64,000 bases of DNA from the NCBI GenBank assembly GCA_001600815.1, contig BCKZ01000005.1, positions 850,875 through 914,874 of the forward strand. The letters are read 5' to 3'. Below are positions 12,609 through 26,185 of the stretch, one piece after another. Under the pieces are notes generated by a model, which saw nothing but the letters and a program-made list of their open reading frames with translations, ran no database searches and was not told where the DNA came from. Every line of letters starts with the position of its first letter. Position 1 is the first letter of the stretch. This stretch comes from Alloascoidea hylecoeti. Taxonomy: Eukaryota. A program made the position numbers and the translations under genes.

Positions 12609-13904
12609 TACTTCCATTCTACAGGTCTTTTTTTATTTTTAATATTGCTGGTTAATTGAACCTCTATTATGATTTTGTCTATTTTTAAAATTACTCTTTC
12701 TTTTTCGGCCAAATGAATTTGATTTTTGAATTTTGAAATATTAGTTATCTTTTTGTATTTCAATCATTGTATTATAACTTATGCAACAGTACTACAATTT
12801 TTTAAACTAAAATATCAGCATTTCGTGCTTTTTTTATTTCAAATTTTGCTATTTTTATTATGACTATTGTATTTATTTCTAAGGGTTCTTTTGATGCTAA
12901 CGTTTCTGTTCAATTGTAACATAATTATAATAAAATGTGAAATGATATACATAAGCTAACGTTTACATAACGCTTTTTACAGTATGAGGATTGTGGTTGG
13001 GTAAAAATAATTTATAAGTATGAAAAGATTTATATTAAAATTTTCTCCTCCTTTTCTATACCGCAAACACTATGGCCTATTAGATCTTATAGTTCTCATG
13101 TTACTGTTAATAAATTTTTCTTTGTTTCTCTTTTACTTATTTGGTGCTATGAAATTAATGATGGATACAACTCAATATAAACTGTAGTATATAGTCCATT
13201 CATCTGATAACCAAGTGATTACGCTAACAGAGCGAACCATAACTAGTGCAAGGAAAGGTGAGAAAAGGGCATAAAAACAAATAAATTATATAGTGGGGGT
13301 CAATGATACTTTTTCTTGAAGATCTGGTAAAAAAAAAAAGTGTTACTGATATGGAGGGTTGGCCAATATTTCGTTTAAGGTGGTACACGAAGTATCAAGC
13401 CGTTGATTTTACTAGGACACGCCATAAAAAGCCGGACGATCCTAAATGGAGGTCTAGAGTTTTTAATAAATATCGATTATGTGGGGTTTGAGGCATCTCA
13501 ACACTAAGCTTCTCAATCTATAGCTAGCTATCATGAAACACGGATTTAATGTTTATATATGGCTTATAGGTCCTATATTTATAGTATAAGGATTTATAAC
13601 GTACACATAATGATTAAAACAAATATACGAACATCACATAATTTATATACTCTGATCACCATGGACGGTAAATGGAAGATGAGATGTTTGGTTTGTAACA
13701 ATATCAAAGCTTACCTAATATATTTTTGGAATCCCGAATTGAACGGTTGAGCTCCGATCCTCCTTTGTCTTACTGATAAACGTTATAGTTATATAAATGA
13801 CATCAATTCCATAAATATGAGCTTACACACTTGTATTCCTCATCATAATTTAATCCTCTATAGCTAACTACCACTTATAAACACATACTTATAAATTACC
13901 GACG

Positions 13905-14759
13905 ATGTCTAATCCAGAAGAAATCATCCCAAGACTAACCGATGTTGGAGCACTTGGTAATAGAATCAACGGTTCTGCAAAATGCATTCATAACGTGATT
14001 GACAAAACTGTTAGTGGAGACCTTGGTTTGGCCTTAAAGAATCCAAAATTATATAGACAAGGACTTCAGTCGTTCTACCATGTATTTCAAACAATAGAAA
14101 GACAACATGAATATCTTATTCAAAACGAAGCCAAATATGACCAAAGGATAATAAACATTATAAAGGAAATCTGGAAACCTTCATTTCGAAGAACTGAACG
14201 TCTTGAAAATGATTTAAGTTATTTCTACAGTGATGAGTCAAAATTTAAGAATCCTATAATGGGAAAACAAATTGAGTTTTCACAACATATTACAAAAGTT
14301 ACCACTGAAAAGCCTTATTTAATACTTGCCTATTTCCATGTGATGTATCTAGCATTATTCGCTGGTGGAAGAATTTTAAGGGGATCAATCGAGAAATCAG
14401 ATACCTTTCCTAAAGTTGATGGCAAGAAACACGAGGAGGTTGTAAGAAGTGCAACGAGTTTCTTTCATTTCGATGTTGAAAATGAAGATGACTTGAGAGC
14501 TTCTTTTAAAAGAGATTATGAGCTTAGCACTAGAAATGATTTGACTGAGGAGGAAAAACAAGAGATTATTGAGGAAGCAATTATTATCTTTAAGAAGAAT
14601 ATCGAGTGTGTAAAAGAACTTGAAACCTATAACAGGAAGAAATTAGGTATATATAGTAAAGTTTCTACAAAGAATATCATCGGATTTAGTGTTGCTTGTG
14701 CTGTTTCCTTGGTTTTGGTATTAAAAATTACCAAATCTTCTACCTCCGTGGTTTATTGA
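13905..14759 (+). CDS. HMX1: Heme oxygenase, ER tail-anchored
   Basis: TDVGALGNRIN...H (proximal His), YRQGLQSFYHVF, HVMYLALFAGG and a C-terminal TM segment. Confidence 0.95.
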   Translation: MSNPEEIIPRLTDVGALGNRINGSAKCIHNVIDKTVSGDLGLALKNPKLYRQGLQSFYHVFQTIERQHEYLIQNEAKYDQRIINIIKEIWKPSFRRTERLENDLSYFYSDESKFKNPIMGKQIEFSQHITKVTTEKPYLILAYFHVMYLALFAGGRILRGSIEKSDTFPKVDGKKHEEVVRSATSFFHFDVENEDDLRASFKRDYELSTRNDLTEEEKQEIIEEAIIIFKKNIECVKELETYNRKKLGIYSKVSTKNIIGFSVACAVSLVLVLKITKSSTSVVY

Positions 14760-17700
14760 TCTTTTGAAATATTATTATGCTTATTGGCGTCCGTTTTTTT
14801 TTTATCTTAAGTTTACTTTGTTAACATAACTTTATAACAAATTTAACACAGCTATATTTAATTAAATCCTATATAATAACTTGTTATTCCAGATCTAAGG
14901 TTAGGTATATCTTATGAAAATCCTCAAAAATTTGTATGTATCCACTTAACTTCGGCCATATGGTAAGGTAAATTGATATCATGACAACTAAATAATTCTG
15001 CCCAGCGAAAGAAAATTTTCCAGTAAACTATTAGAATCCATTTTTTCATTTGTACGCGTTCAAGTACCTCTTATCTAATTTATTACTATCTTTTAGATTT
15101 TTTATATGGTGTTGGTTCATAAGCAACCCTTAGAGCTTCCCCAAAATGGACTTTTTATTATTTGTTTAAAAAATCAAGTCATATTCGAATTCCTGTCATA
15201 GAATGATGATATTCCTCTATAGATCTGTAGGTTAATGACTCTATGCTGGCAACGAATTCGAATTATCTGGTTGATGTTACTGCGATGAATCCGATGATAC
15301 ATATCATTATTATTAACGTATCAGAATCTAAGAAGTAGTATGTTACTTAACATGGCTCAAAAGTTGCCTGAGGTGGATCAAAAACACACATATTACATAT
15401 ATTATGAATATAGTGTGAAAAATGAATTTTAAGAGGTATGTATTGCATATATGGTATTATTATGTACTTAATTTAGATAGATATTAAATATACCATACAG
15501 CTACGAAATGTTCGTATATTTTTTGCAATTGCATATACATTCCTAAAATTGGTAGCAGAAAACCAATAGTTCTTATATAATTATATATATATATATGATT
15601 AATATTGTTGTTCTCCAGGAACTGTTATAAAATTTCTTACGATATTGTAAGTAAACTTGAGCGGTTATAACTATATTTCGAAGCATGCAGGTTGTAGCTA
15701 TAGATAACAATAATTCATTATGCATATATAATTTAATTTAATTAATCTTATTAAGTTGTTACATGATTTAAAACATTTCAAGTTTATATTTTTATTCAAC
15801 CTATGGTCTAATATAGTCACGTTGGGAAAATGGTAAATTGAAACATCTTTATGTATTAAGCTTCAGACCGATTTTAAAACTATTTCAATCTCTAGTGCTT
15901 TAATATTTGTCTCAGATAAGATATAAAATTGTATATAATTGATGGGATTTCTAAGTGAAAGCATTATCAGCTGTCTCTCAAATTTGAAATCAATCAATAT
16001 TGCAATGTCATTTTTTCCCGAATGTCAAGTTTAAGGATGTTATTCTACAAGTAATATGCATAATGTATATGGTTATGTAATATAATTAAAAGCTTATAAC
16101 TGATTATAAGTATTATTTAAGTACCGCATACCAAGCTTTTAAACATCTAAGATATCTATAGCCGTATACACGTATATATATTGATATCCATATGAATATT
16201 CACATCTATCATAGTCACGTTCAAACAGTCAAGTCAACTAAAACTACAAAATCCGTTTCTAATTGGTATTAATGCATATTAGTATGGAGAATAAATTATG
16301 ATGATGATCATCAGATTTATTAAATATGACTATTTAGAAAATACATATATATAGTTGTCGTATACTTAGTCGAAGCTTCATTATATATGTTTGTTAAAAT
16401 TCTTAATAATTAATTTTAATTTCAAAGCGTAAACGGTATTTCGAAGAGGGATTCAAAGAAGAATCATTTCTTAATTGTAATAGTTTCCTAAATTGACATT
16501 TTACCTTTTTTCAACAATTATTAATATAATTTTTTTTTCAATGATGGCTCGATTGCATATATAGACGGTGCAAAAGTCATGTCGAATAGAGAGCAATTCG
16601 TGGATTTGTAAAGTATACTTCGCGATCGCATCATAACAACCTTAACAGTCTTGTGAGAGACATAATTCGTGTAGCCCTTATTCTCAACTACGGTATACAA
16701 GTGGTTAGTAGCGAATAACAAATGTGTAAATCTAGCATTGAAAAAGAGCTTGAATAGTCATTGAAATAAAGAAATAACAAAACGTCATACAACTGATGAT
16801 TGAAGACAAACTGAACAACACAGGGGCTAAATTGATCTATTTTGTTAGATATTGGCACTTTTGGGGAGTCAATTGGGAGTCGGGCGTCTTTTTAGCATAG
16901 TTAACTGGCTCCAACAGGCACTTTAATATATACGTATAAATAATTGGCTATAGAACAAGTCCAAAGTATGTGTTAAAATTTTTTATAATCATAAATTATA
17001 ATTGTTAATGCTATAAACTTTATAGCAGAATCTAAGCAAACAATATCAATGCTAGCTCTTTAATTGAATGCGGGTATAGAAAGTGGCATAACTCTTCAAA
17101 CCAACTTTGAAATATTTACTTGTTTACTTGTAAATATATATAACTAAATTGTCGGTACTTATATTTCAAATCATTCAACCTTTGACTCTATTTTTAAACA
17201 AAATACTACGCTTTCTATCTTGTTAATAACTATAAGCACCTGCAGCTTTCACTTTTTGTCTTGTTGGGAAGAAGACAGGGATCAAATCTCACTAACGCTG
17301 GCAAAATTATCATTACCTCCTTTTTACCAAATTCTAAAGGGAAATCCCTCAGATTCATAATACTGCGACTCATTTGTTTACCATATATTATATACTATAT
17401 ACTATATAGAGATTGATCATATAATACTCCCCATGTTCCCAATTATGATACATTAAAACTTTTATGCAGCTGGTTGCAATTGAGTTTGTCATAGTACATC
17501 TTATTGAAAAATGCACATGCTTTGCACCTCGTAAATGTTTCTATAGCTAATGCAATTCTTCATAAATATATTGTAAGCTTCATTAAAATACGAAGAAAAC
17601 TAATAATTCAGATATCGTAAATATTAACCTCACCCACGATAAAAAATAACAATAAATCCAAGTATGTATATACGTATAAGATCTTATAATAAAATGAAAA

Positions 17701-19613
17701 ACATCACAAGCTAAAAAATTTGTGCCAATTGAATTAACACATACATAGATCTTAAAATCGTATATATATATATACATATATTATTAATGCTATAATTATA
17801 ATTATGTTCGGATTAATATTTACACTTTGGAAAACTTGAACTTATAAGCTTGACTCTAGTTGTAGTTGTAATTATAATTAATGTGGATCAAGCAACTTTT
17901 ACGGGAAGTTTCATGGGAATATATAAGGAAAAGCTACCATCAGAAGTGATCAGACTGTGAGCACGCGAAAGGAATAGGAAGAAAATAAAGTATGGATGTA
18001 GTACTTCAATTGCAACTTAATGCAACTATATCACTGAGGATAAGCGTAGAAACTAGCACTATCACCTCTCACTCTAACAAATCAATTGGTTTCAATGAAC
18101 ATTAAGTTCAATTGATCTTAATATGTATATAAAATTGGCCCAGATAAGTTACACTTATACTGTCATACGTAAAGTGTAATTGCTTTTACCCTTTGTGTAT
18201 AATATTTTGCAATACGCCATTGATAGGCGAAAAGATTGTATCCAGTAATAAGGACCTGTAACGGTCCTTAACGGAATATGTCATTTGCAAGTATAAGATC
18301 TCATAAAATGCATGAATAAAATTAAATTTAAAATTAGAGCCTCAAGTGAGAGCCATATTTTGAACGTTGGTGTGTATAGTACAATACTACAAGATTAAAA
18401 ACGATACGGCTGTAAACTTGAAACTTTTTGATTCGATCCGAAGGGCATTAGGCCTAGAGATAATCAATATAGAATTAATAGAGAATTTAATTAAATCAAT
18501 GACATAGGAAATATGGTGGCTTACGTACCTATAAGGCACCAAATCCGATCGCGTCTTCAGCTACAATGGTGAGATTTAAACCTGCCAATTTTCAAACTCC
18601 GATCTTCTCAAAATTTTAGCTGTGCTAGGATAATCTGCCTATGGACAATTTTATTTATTATTTATATAAAAAAAAAAAAAGAAAGTTTGGTGTACATGAA
18701 TTTGGACGTGTACAAACAATACATACGCTCTTAATTTCTTAAACGATTTTTTATTAGTCTAATATAAATGCTACATTCATTAATTTCAATACATTATTAT
18801 TGATATTGATAGGTCCGCGGAAATATGTAGATGCCTTAAAGGTATTTGATAGTTTTAATGTTAACACATTTAAAATGTTGTAATATATGAATTTGAAACA
18901 AATTTAAACAATAAGATCTATGTAAAGCATAAACCGATCCATTAAAGCTAATAATAAATATAACTATACGCAGATCACGCCTAGAATTTGGACCCGATAA
19001 TAATAAACCTACTACTAGACTACTATTATACGTCCTAGTTTTAATATTAATATTAATTATAATCAATACATTTTCTGAACCATCTACATTTATATATATT
19101 AAAAGTTGGAAGCAAGAATAAATCTATTTCGCAACTTCGCACCCTGTCCAATCGCAATATAATGAATAGGTTACGGCCTATATAGGCTATAGCATATAAA
19201 AATTTATCAAGTTTCATTATGCTATATACTTTGTGTTAATCAATTTCATGATCATGAACCTTTTATACATATATACACTCTTTCGAGGATTTTCGCTTTC
19301 GAGGAACACTTCAACGAATGCCAGCTTCACCAAAGTAAATTGCAATCACCAGAATTCACCAATTAACAACTAGTGAAATATTAATAAAATACAAAAAATT
19401 ATACAAAAAAAATTCCTCCATTTTTCCTAACGATATTAACTGCTACTATACCGAGCAATAGTACTAGACATTTTTTCAAATACAACGCATAACTAAAATT
19501 ATTAGCTGTACTTGAGATCTAGATTTAATATAGAAGTAGAAAAAGATAAACACAAACATATAGAAACATTCAAGATCAACAGAGAATTTTCACCAATGAG
19601 ATTTTCCAAAATA

Positions 19614-20960
19614 CTAGGATTCGAAAGAAGGTAATAGAAGTGTTCGTCGTATGCTTTCATGTTCAGTCTTTGACCGGGTCTCATTTCTCCCCATTTTTGC
19701 CTTAGCTAATGGATGTGTAGCAGCATATGGAGATTTTATCGATTCTGTTATACTATTATCATCTGAAGAGGAATTAAACATAATATTCATACCACTGGCA
19801 TCTGATTTCCTCTGATTTCTTGGTGCTCGAGAGGTAATTGATTGATCGTAAGTAATCGTTGCTTTAGGATAGGGTAGTGGGGGTAATGTTGATTTTCCAG
19901 TTGCTCTTGGAGACACTGATTCTAAATCATTTTTCTTACTCCCTGGATACCTTGAAGTAGTACGAGAATTATCATTTTTATACGAGACTTCATTGTATAC
20001 GATGGAAGCAGAGCTTCTAGATTGTTTGTAATTTTCCGGTTCGTAAAGATTATCGGGATCAACAGTATAATCCTCATTTAAAGATGGTTCTTTTGGGCTG
20101 GGAGCAAAAGGAAATTGAAATATTTTTGAGAAGGAACCACTAGAACAGTTTCCTGCTGTATATCTTCGAGCTCTTGAATCCGGTAGTTCGATTTCACTTA
20201 TCAGTCCCTTTGAGCCTTGTCTCTGAGTTTGACCGAGAGGTTGGGTGGTGAACGCCTGAATGCTGTGTCGTGGATGGACGGTAGTTGAAGTCACAGAACA
20301 TTTTCTTTGCGGTAAATGTTCACAAGATGATGATGATGATGTTGAATATGTCCTGGTCGACATCCTAAAGGTTTCATTGGTACCATTTGATTTCCCCGAG
20401 GAAGAAGAATGGTTGGGCGAGTGAGTCTTGAGATCTGAAGATTGTGAGCCAGAAAGAGATGGTTTCTTAGATCCCAAACCAGAACTTAACTCTAAAGTAT
20501 TGTGTGAAGTTGTTGTGTCATGTTTCGACTCAAACGCCTCGTTCAACCCAAATGATTCCGTCTCGTCTATATGCGCGATATGATTAAAATTAAAAGGGGT
20601 GGATATTGGGGCAACAGTACTTAAACGTGCTCGATTTAGTTTCGGAACTGGAGGAGGTGGAGAACTTGTGGGTGACTTTTTCATTCTCTGAATTAATGTT
20701 CCAAGTCCTGAAGATGATAGACGAGATTTGTGATTTTTCCTGCCATTTCCTTTAGAGAACGCTAACTGTGTCATTGAGACAGAATGCTTTAGTATACTTC
20801 GTGAGCCCCGTTTCGCGAACGAATCCCTTTCTTCTTCTTCTTCATCAAAATCATCGTCTAGCCATACAGAATCCATTTGAGGCCTCTCGACAGTTATAGG
20901 GTAGTTTTTTTCTGAGCTCATTGTATTGTCTATGTTTGTATTGTAGTCTAATGTTTTCAT
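19614..20960 (-). CDS. GIC2: Cdc42 effector with CRIB domain, Gic1/Gic2 family
   Basis: PQMDSVWLDDD N-terminal motif (cf. Gic2 PQMRSIWLDED) and CRIB motif ISTPFNFNHIAH. Co-ortholog of GIC1/GIC2. Confidence 0.8.
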   Translation of the reverse strand: MKTLDYNTNIDNTMSSEKNYPITVERPQMDSVWLDDDFDEEEEERDSFAKRGSRSILKHSVSMTQLAFSKGNGRKNHKSRLSSSGLGTLIQRMKKSPTSSPPPPVPKLNRARLSTVAPISTPFNFNHIAHIDETESFGLNEAFESKHDTTTSHNTLELSSGLGSKKPSLSGSQSSDLKTHSPNHSSSSGKSNGTNETFRMSTRTYSTSSSSSCEHLPQRKCSVTSTTVHPRHSIQAFTTQPLGQTQRQGSKGLISEIELPDSRARRYTAGNCSSGSFSKIFQFPFAPSPKEPSLNEDYTVDPDNLYEPENYKQSRSSASIVYNEVSYKNDNSRTTSRYPGSKKNDLESVSPRATGKSTLPPLPYPKATITYDQSITSRAPRNQRKSDASGMNIMFNSSSDDNSITESIKSPYAATHPLAKAKMGRNETRSKTEHESIRRTLLLPSFES

Positions 20961-21734
20961 ATTAAGTACTATATTGATCAGCTATAAAATAAAAGTATAG
21001 TTAAAAAGAGTGTGGGAATTGAAGATGTATTTATCGAAATATTAAGTTATTGCGAATAAAAGGGCCGTGGGTAGTATATAAATATTAATATACTTTTATC
21101 AATTTGGCATTTCGTGCCTCTTTCTGAGAAATCTTGACAATTGCAATTAAATTGAAGCATGCAACTATCCTTGTCTGTATTTATTTTTTGGGCTTCTTAA
21201 ACCATCATGTCTTACTTAGTTTATTATATTATATTAATAATAATTTAATTATATAATAATCTTGACAAATTTTTGTTATACAATTGCAAGATGTGGTTAC
21301 TATTTACGGTTTCAATGAAAATTCCTAATTTAAATTAGGTTTGGAAAATCCCAGAGTTTCAAACAATTTTTTCAACGATAAGATATGCCTCTAATTTTTT
21401 AAAAGCAGATATCGATATATATATATATATATATGGTAGCGGCTATCGAAAAAACACCTAACAAATAGTGGGGTTGAAATTTAGAATTTAGGGCCGCAAT
21501 TGCTGGCCCCTCCCTTTAATGTATATCAGCTGTTGTATTCTCACCTGACGAACTTATCTTTCAGCTGAATTTTATAACTAGAACTCATTCTTCCTAGTTT
21601 CGAAACGGTGAGTTCAAACCCCATCAAGACAATAGTAAGTGACAATTTGACTTAAGTATGATAGTGACAATGAAATGTGTTGACACACAATTGAAAATAC
21701 TACATATACATAATGATGGAAGGATCAGTAAAAT

Positions 21735-22250
21735 TATGACCGGTGAAACTCAACTCACAAATGAAGCCTTGAAAATGCGAATGAATTAGGTGGATGATAG
21801 TATTCCATTTCTCCAGCTGGACGCGTCCCGTTGGTAAAGAAAAATGAACCTGGAAATGTGTCAGATTTGTATATCATAGTCATTTTCGCAACGTTAATTT
21901 TATAAATAAACAATATTTCTACAGGGAAATCACAAGAATAAAAATTGAAAAAAAAAAATGCTTTTAACGACTCTTGAGCTTGTGTTGTGTGTAGTTTACA
22001 ATAATTACAAGTTTATAGATTTAAATTTCAAAAATTCGAGATCAAAAATGAAATAATAAATACAATTGGAGGATATTGATAATATAATACGGCATCCTAA
22101 TGTCTTTATATTATTGATCGGGTATAGTTTTCTGTCATTATGTCTCTCGGCATGGTTAGCGACATGTCAAGAATGAAACTAATTTTATGTGCATATTGCT
22201 TTAGGACTATGAATAATATGCAAGGGAGAACAAAAGAAAAAACATATAAT
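21735..22250 (+). mobile_element. Probable Ty3/gypsy reverse-transcriptase fossil (highly decayed)
   Basis: Frame-shifted fragments in canonical RT order: SISPAG.VPLVKK..PG / VRFV...FRNVN / IDL / EDID..TA / GY.F / IMSLGM...RMKLIL. Compare SP.ASP..LVKKK.G..R...DYR.LN...DL...D..KTAF...G.YEF.VMPFGL. Confidence 0.4.
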
Positions 22251-25200
22251 GGAATGCGGAATTCGAAGGCACAACATCTATAATGGAGCAGTCTAAAGCC
22301 ATAATCTTGAAATATTATTTCAAATCTAGTCAAGGTCTAGATCCTTTAAATTTTCTCTCATTTTCTATGTTATATCAAAACAATACACAAGTATTATATA
22401 GGTGATACACGTGAACGCTTGTTTACATTTCATTTTAGCACATTAAATCTTGACTGTGTAGCTAGCACTTGCTTTTAATCATTTTTCTCGGAGAACCTCA
22501 TTATAAATTTATTATCATAATATCCTTATTACTCAAGACGCAATATCACATCTGATCTTATATAAATTTATTATGGTGCCCGGTATATTTATGTGAAGGT
22601 CTTCTTCTATGAATCATTTCAATTTATTTTTTTTGTACAGGGCTCTTTAATAATATAGATATTTCATTACTTAGATATAATCAAAATTCAGACCCTCCAA
22701 CATCAAATCTAATGGAACATTTTGTTAAACATTAAGTTCATGATCATTCCTTAGCGCTAGCTCTAAGCTTATATGTAGGCCTATATTCTTGACAATTTCA
22801 ATATTATAATTATTACACATACTAACACTTAGGCCTATATGTATCATTATGAATATGTTATCTCAGGCTCCAACTTTTGGATACTTGATTATGAGGGTAT
22901 AACTTATAACTACATGCAGACGATTATTTGCTATTTAAATATACAGTATTTAATTTAATAAGCTAATTAAAATCCAACGCCCCAAGTTAGAATTATAAAT
23001 TATAAATGGAGGGCAGTCCCAACATAGTCTTCTAAATTTTAAGTCTTTCTCAGTTTTTGGGAACTTCCTTTAGTTTTGCTATACGCCATGGGCATTTTAG
23101 TATGAATATGGGTATTTTAAAAAGTTAAGTTTATCAACCTTTTATGGAACATAAAATTTTGGAATGATTTTCTGAACTCGTCGTTCGTGATTACGTTAGT
23201 ACGCAACTTATCCTATAATTTTATATATAGGGCCTTGTAGTAATACTGTAATACCTAGGTATATTTATAGATAGATTAATTAACTTAATTTGAATTGGGA
23301 AAAGAAGATAATCAATGATCTAGACGATATGATCGTTTTGCTAGAAAAGACCAAAAATAATATTTCGAGTGACTAGAATTGTCTTTTACACCTGACTTGA
23401 GTGAGAGAGCTTACAAGTGATTAGCAATTATCTGAGGGGTGACTGGCTTGTTCATTTTCAATAATAAACTATATTTACCTGGTGTTACAACATGTATAAG
23501 TGCATGCTATCAAAGTTTTGTACCCCAAATATCGTCATTGTATATAAATAAGTCTTTGTAAACAATATTAATGCTCTGGATATCATTGTATTAGGATTTA
23601 GAAGTGATAATTGTTTAATTAAGAACGCATATATATATAACCTTACACTATCATATCACTGAAACTTTGAAATGGTACTCTATAGCTATGAATTGTGTGA
23701 TCGAAAAACTTCAAAGATACAAGCTTATAATTGCTTAAAATACAAATACGATATCGATATATAATACTATACAAGAAATATTAATAGTAACAAATAATTT
23801 CGATGAAATATCAATTCTAATATTATTATGCATAATACTTAAATGTTAATCGTCGAAACCTCCCCATGTTATACCATGACAAGATGACAATATGCTTTAT
23901 TATTATGCCTGCAATCGTGACTAACAATCAAATTTTAGATTTACAAATTAAAGTTAAGCTTAATTTCAAGCTTTTATAATTAGTAATTTAGAATTAGAAT
24001 TAATTTCTAATTCTGCAGAAAATATTTGGAACAATATATATGTGCTTACAAATTGAAAAGTATACAGTTCATAACTCAAGTTAGGTTAGTATCTAGTACT
24101 ATCTATTATCTACTATCTATAGAGGAGGTATTTTTTGAAATTTGGAAATTCTAAGAACATGCAGCTTCAATGTACAGCTAGATTGACTATATATCTACAA
24201 CTTGTATGCGTAGATCTAATAATTTGCAACAAATGTTAATTAACGTTATCGATGCATATTATATTTATATTCTTTTCAATAGAATAAAAGAAAGCTCGAG
24301 TATTGATTGAATTTTTACATATATTAACAGTATACATTGCCAAGGCCATGACTTTACGCGTCCAAATTTAAAAGTCAACTATCATGGATTTATACTCTAA
24401 ATTATTGCACTACGGCAAGGCTTTGATATAACTTATAGGTAAGCGTAAAATTTACAGATTTCATAGCAAATATTATAAATAATAATCCTAGCTAAGGATT
24501 CACAAATTTATACCTGCTTATTTGTTAAATTGGTAATAATTAAGTTTGCAATAAATGCGTTTACAATCACGGTTATATGCATATGTATATATATATATAT
24601 ATACAAGTGAACTTACTAGTTAATACTTATTACTTGTATATGAACGCTTTCATACACTATATAACTATATCCCCGTATGTCTAACTAGTATATTATGTCA
24701 TTTATTTTTACAAACAAAGCTATTGATTATACGCATAAATGCGTATTTCTACCCTGCATAATAGATTTAATATAAGCTTAAGGTCTTATAAATTTTACCA
24801 ATACCGACATATTTTATATTTTGGTTCCACAGAAGATTTCGCAGAATATAAATCCCAATGATCATAATTAAACACAAAATCGAAAGTTAATCTAAGTGCT
24901 GTAATTTTATATAATAGATAGCTGTAAGTTTAGTGCTTTATACGAACTATGCATAGTTATAAATACATATATGAAATTCACGATCGTGATATATGTGGCG
25001 CGGGACACTTCATAGTAGAGTCCGGAGATGTCAGCTCTCTGAGCACGGATTTTATAGCCAGGGTGATGTGATTGTCAGAGTATACTTCCTAAAAGCAGTC
25101 TTCCAGCCACTGTAACGAGTCATGGCACCGATTGGCACACCTTTTTGCTCGCAGTTCTTACTAACACCTTAAGCGGTTTATTTACCTCACCAACCATACA

Positions 25201-26065
25201 TCATGTTTTATATGTGTTCAAATTGCTCCTTTGTTATATTGATATAGTTATATGTTGAGTAACTGGTGTAACTAGTTGTACCAACTTGACACCGACTCCC
25301 TGTTAGAAGCAAGGAATCTTTAGGCATTCAGAGAGTTTAAGCGTTTATATTTCAACTTAAATCCCTCTCAGGATGTCTAAAGGTGTAGGATTACTCTCCT
25401 TACCCATGTAATGACTGTTTGCTTATTTTTAAAAACTTCCACCATTGTATAGCTTGCTTAAGAGTCAAGAGACAAGTCTCATTATACTCAATATACTCAA
25501 TATATTCAATATTACTCATCAACGTCTCGAAAAAATGCTCTCTATCTGGGGATCAGCCAAACTATGCTATTCCGTGGAGACTCTGTGCGATTTCTGTCTC
25601 CTCTAGAGCAGAAGGATTTTGTTTCAACTAGTTTCTGATGTCTTTTGGCATTGACTATTTTGGGTTAAAGTTAGATATTTTAAAAAGTTAGCTTTTACAG
25701 GGCAGGCATATTTCGAGATGATTTTTTAAACTAACGGTTATTGGGGCACTAACCGTTTTTAGAGAATACCGGTATAATCATATTGCTATTTATTATTTAG
25801 TCATTATCATTATAAGCCTTATAGAGGTTAGTAATATTAAAATCTAAATGTCTTTGTTTAAAAATGTATTTAAATTTAAAAGTTAGCTATGATCATACCT
25901 CTTTATCATTTCAGGTTTTTATATGCATAGTATATTTATTGCTGGAATAATAAAACTGTGATCCTACTTAATTTCGGCTATTAGATGACCAAATATTTAG
26001 ACGCAAAAAAGAAAAAGTAAAAGAATATTTATTAATCCTGTATAACTCATCAGGTACTGCTAGCA

Positions 26066-26152
26066 TGTTGACGCAATGTAATTTTTGCCCACTGGCCAGT
26101 CCTTTTAATGTAAAATGAAGACATTCAACCAAACGTTAAGCTGCGGGAGTAG

Positions 26153-26185
<33 letters not shown>

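Noticed and set aside
16540..16920. GC-richer patch with HTH-like fragment (EAIRGFVKY...YGIQVVS...KSSIEKEL)
   Set aside because: Could be another IS630/Tc1 remnant, but no catalytic motif is visible.
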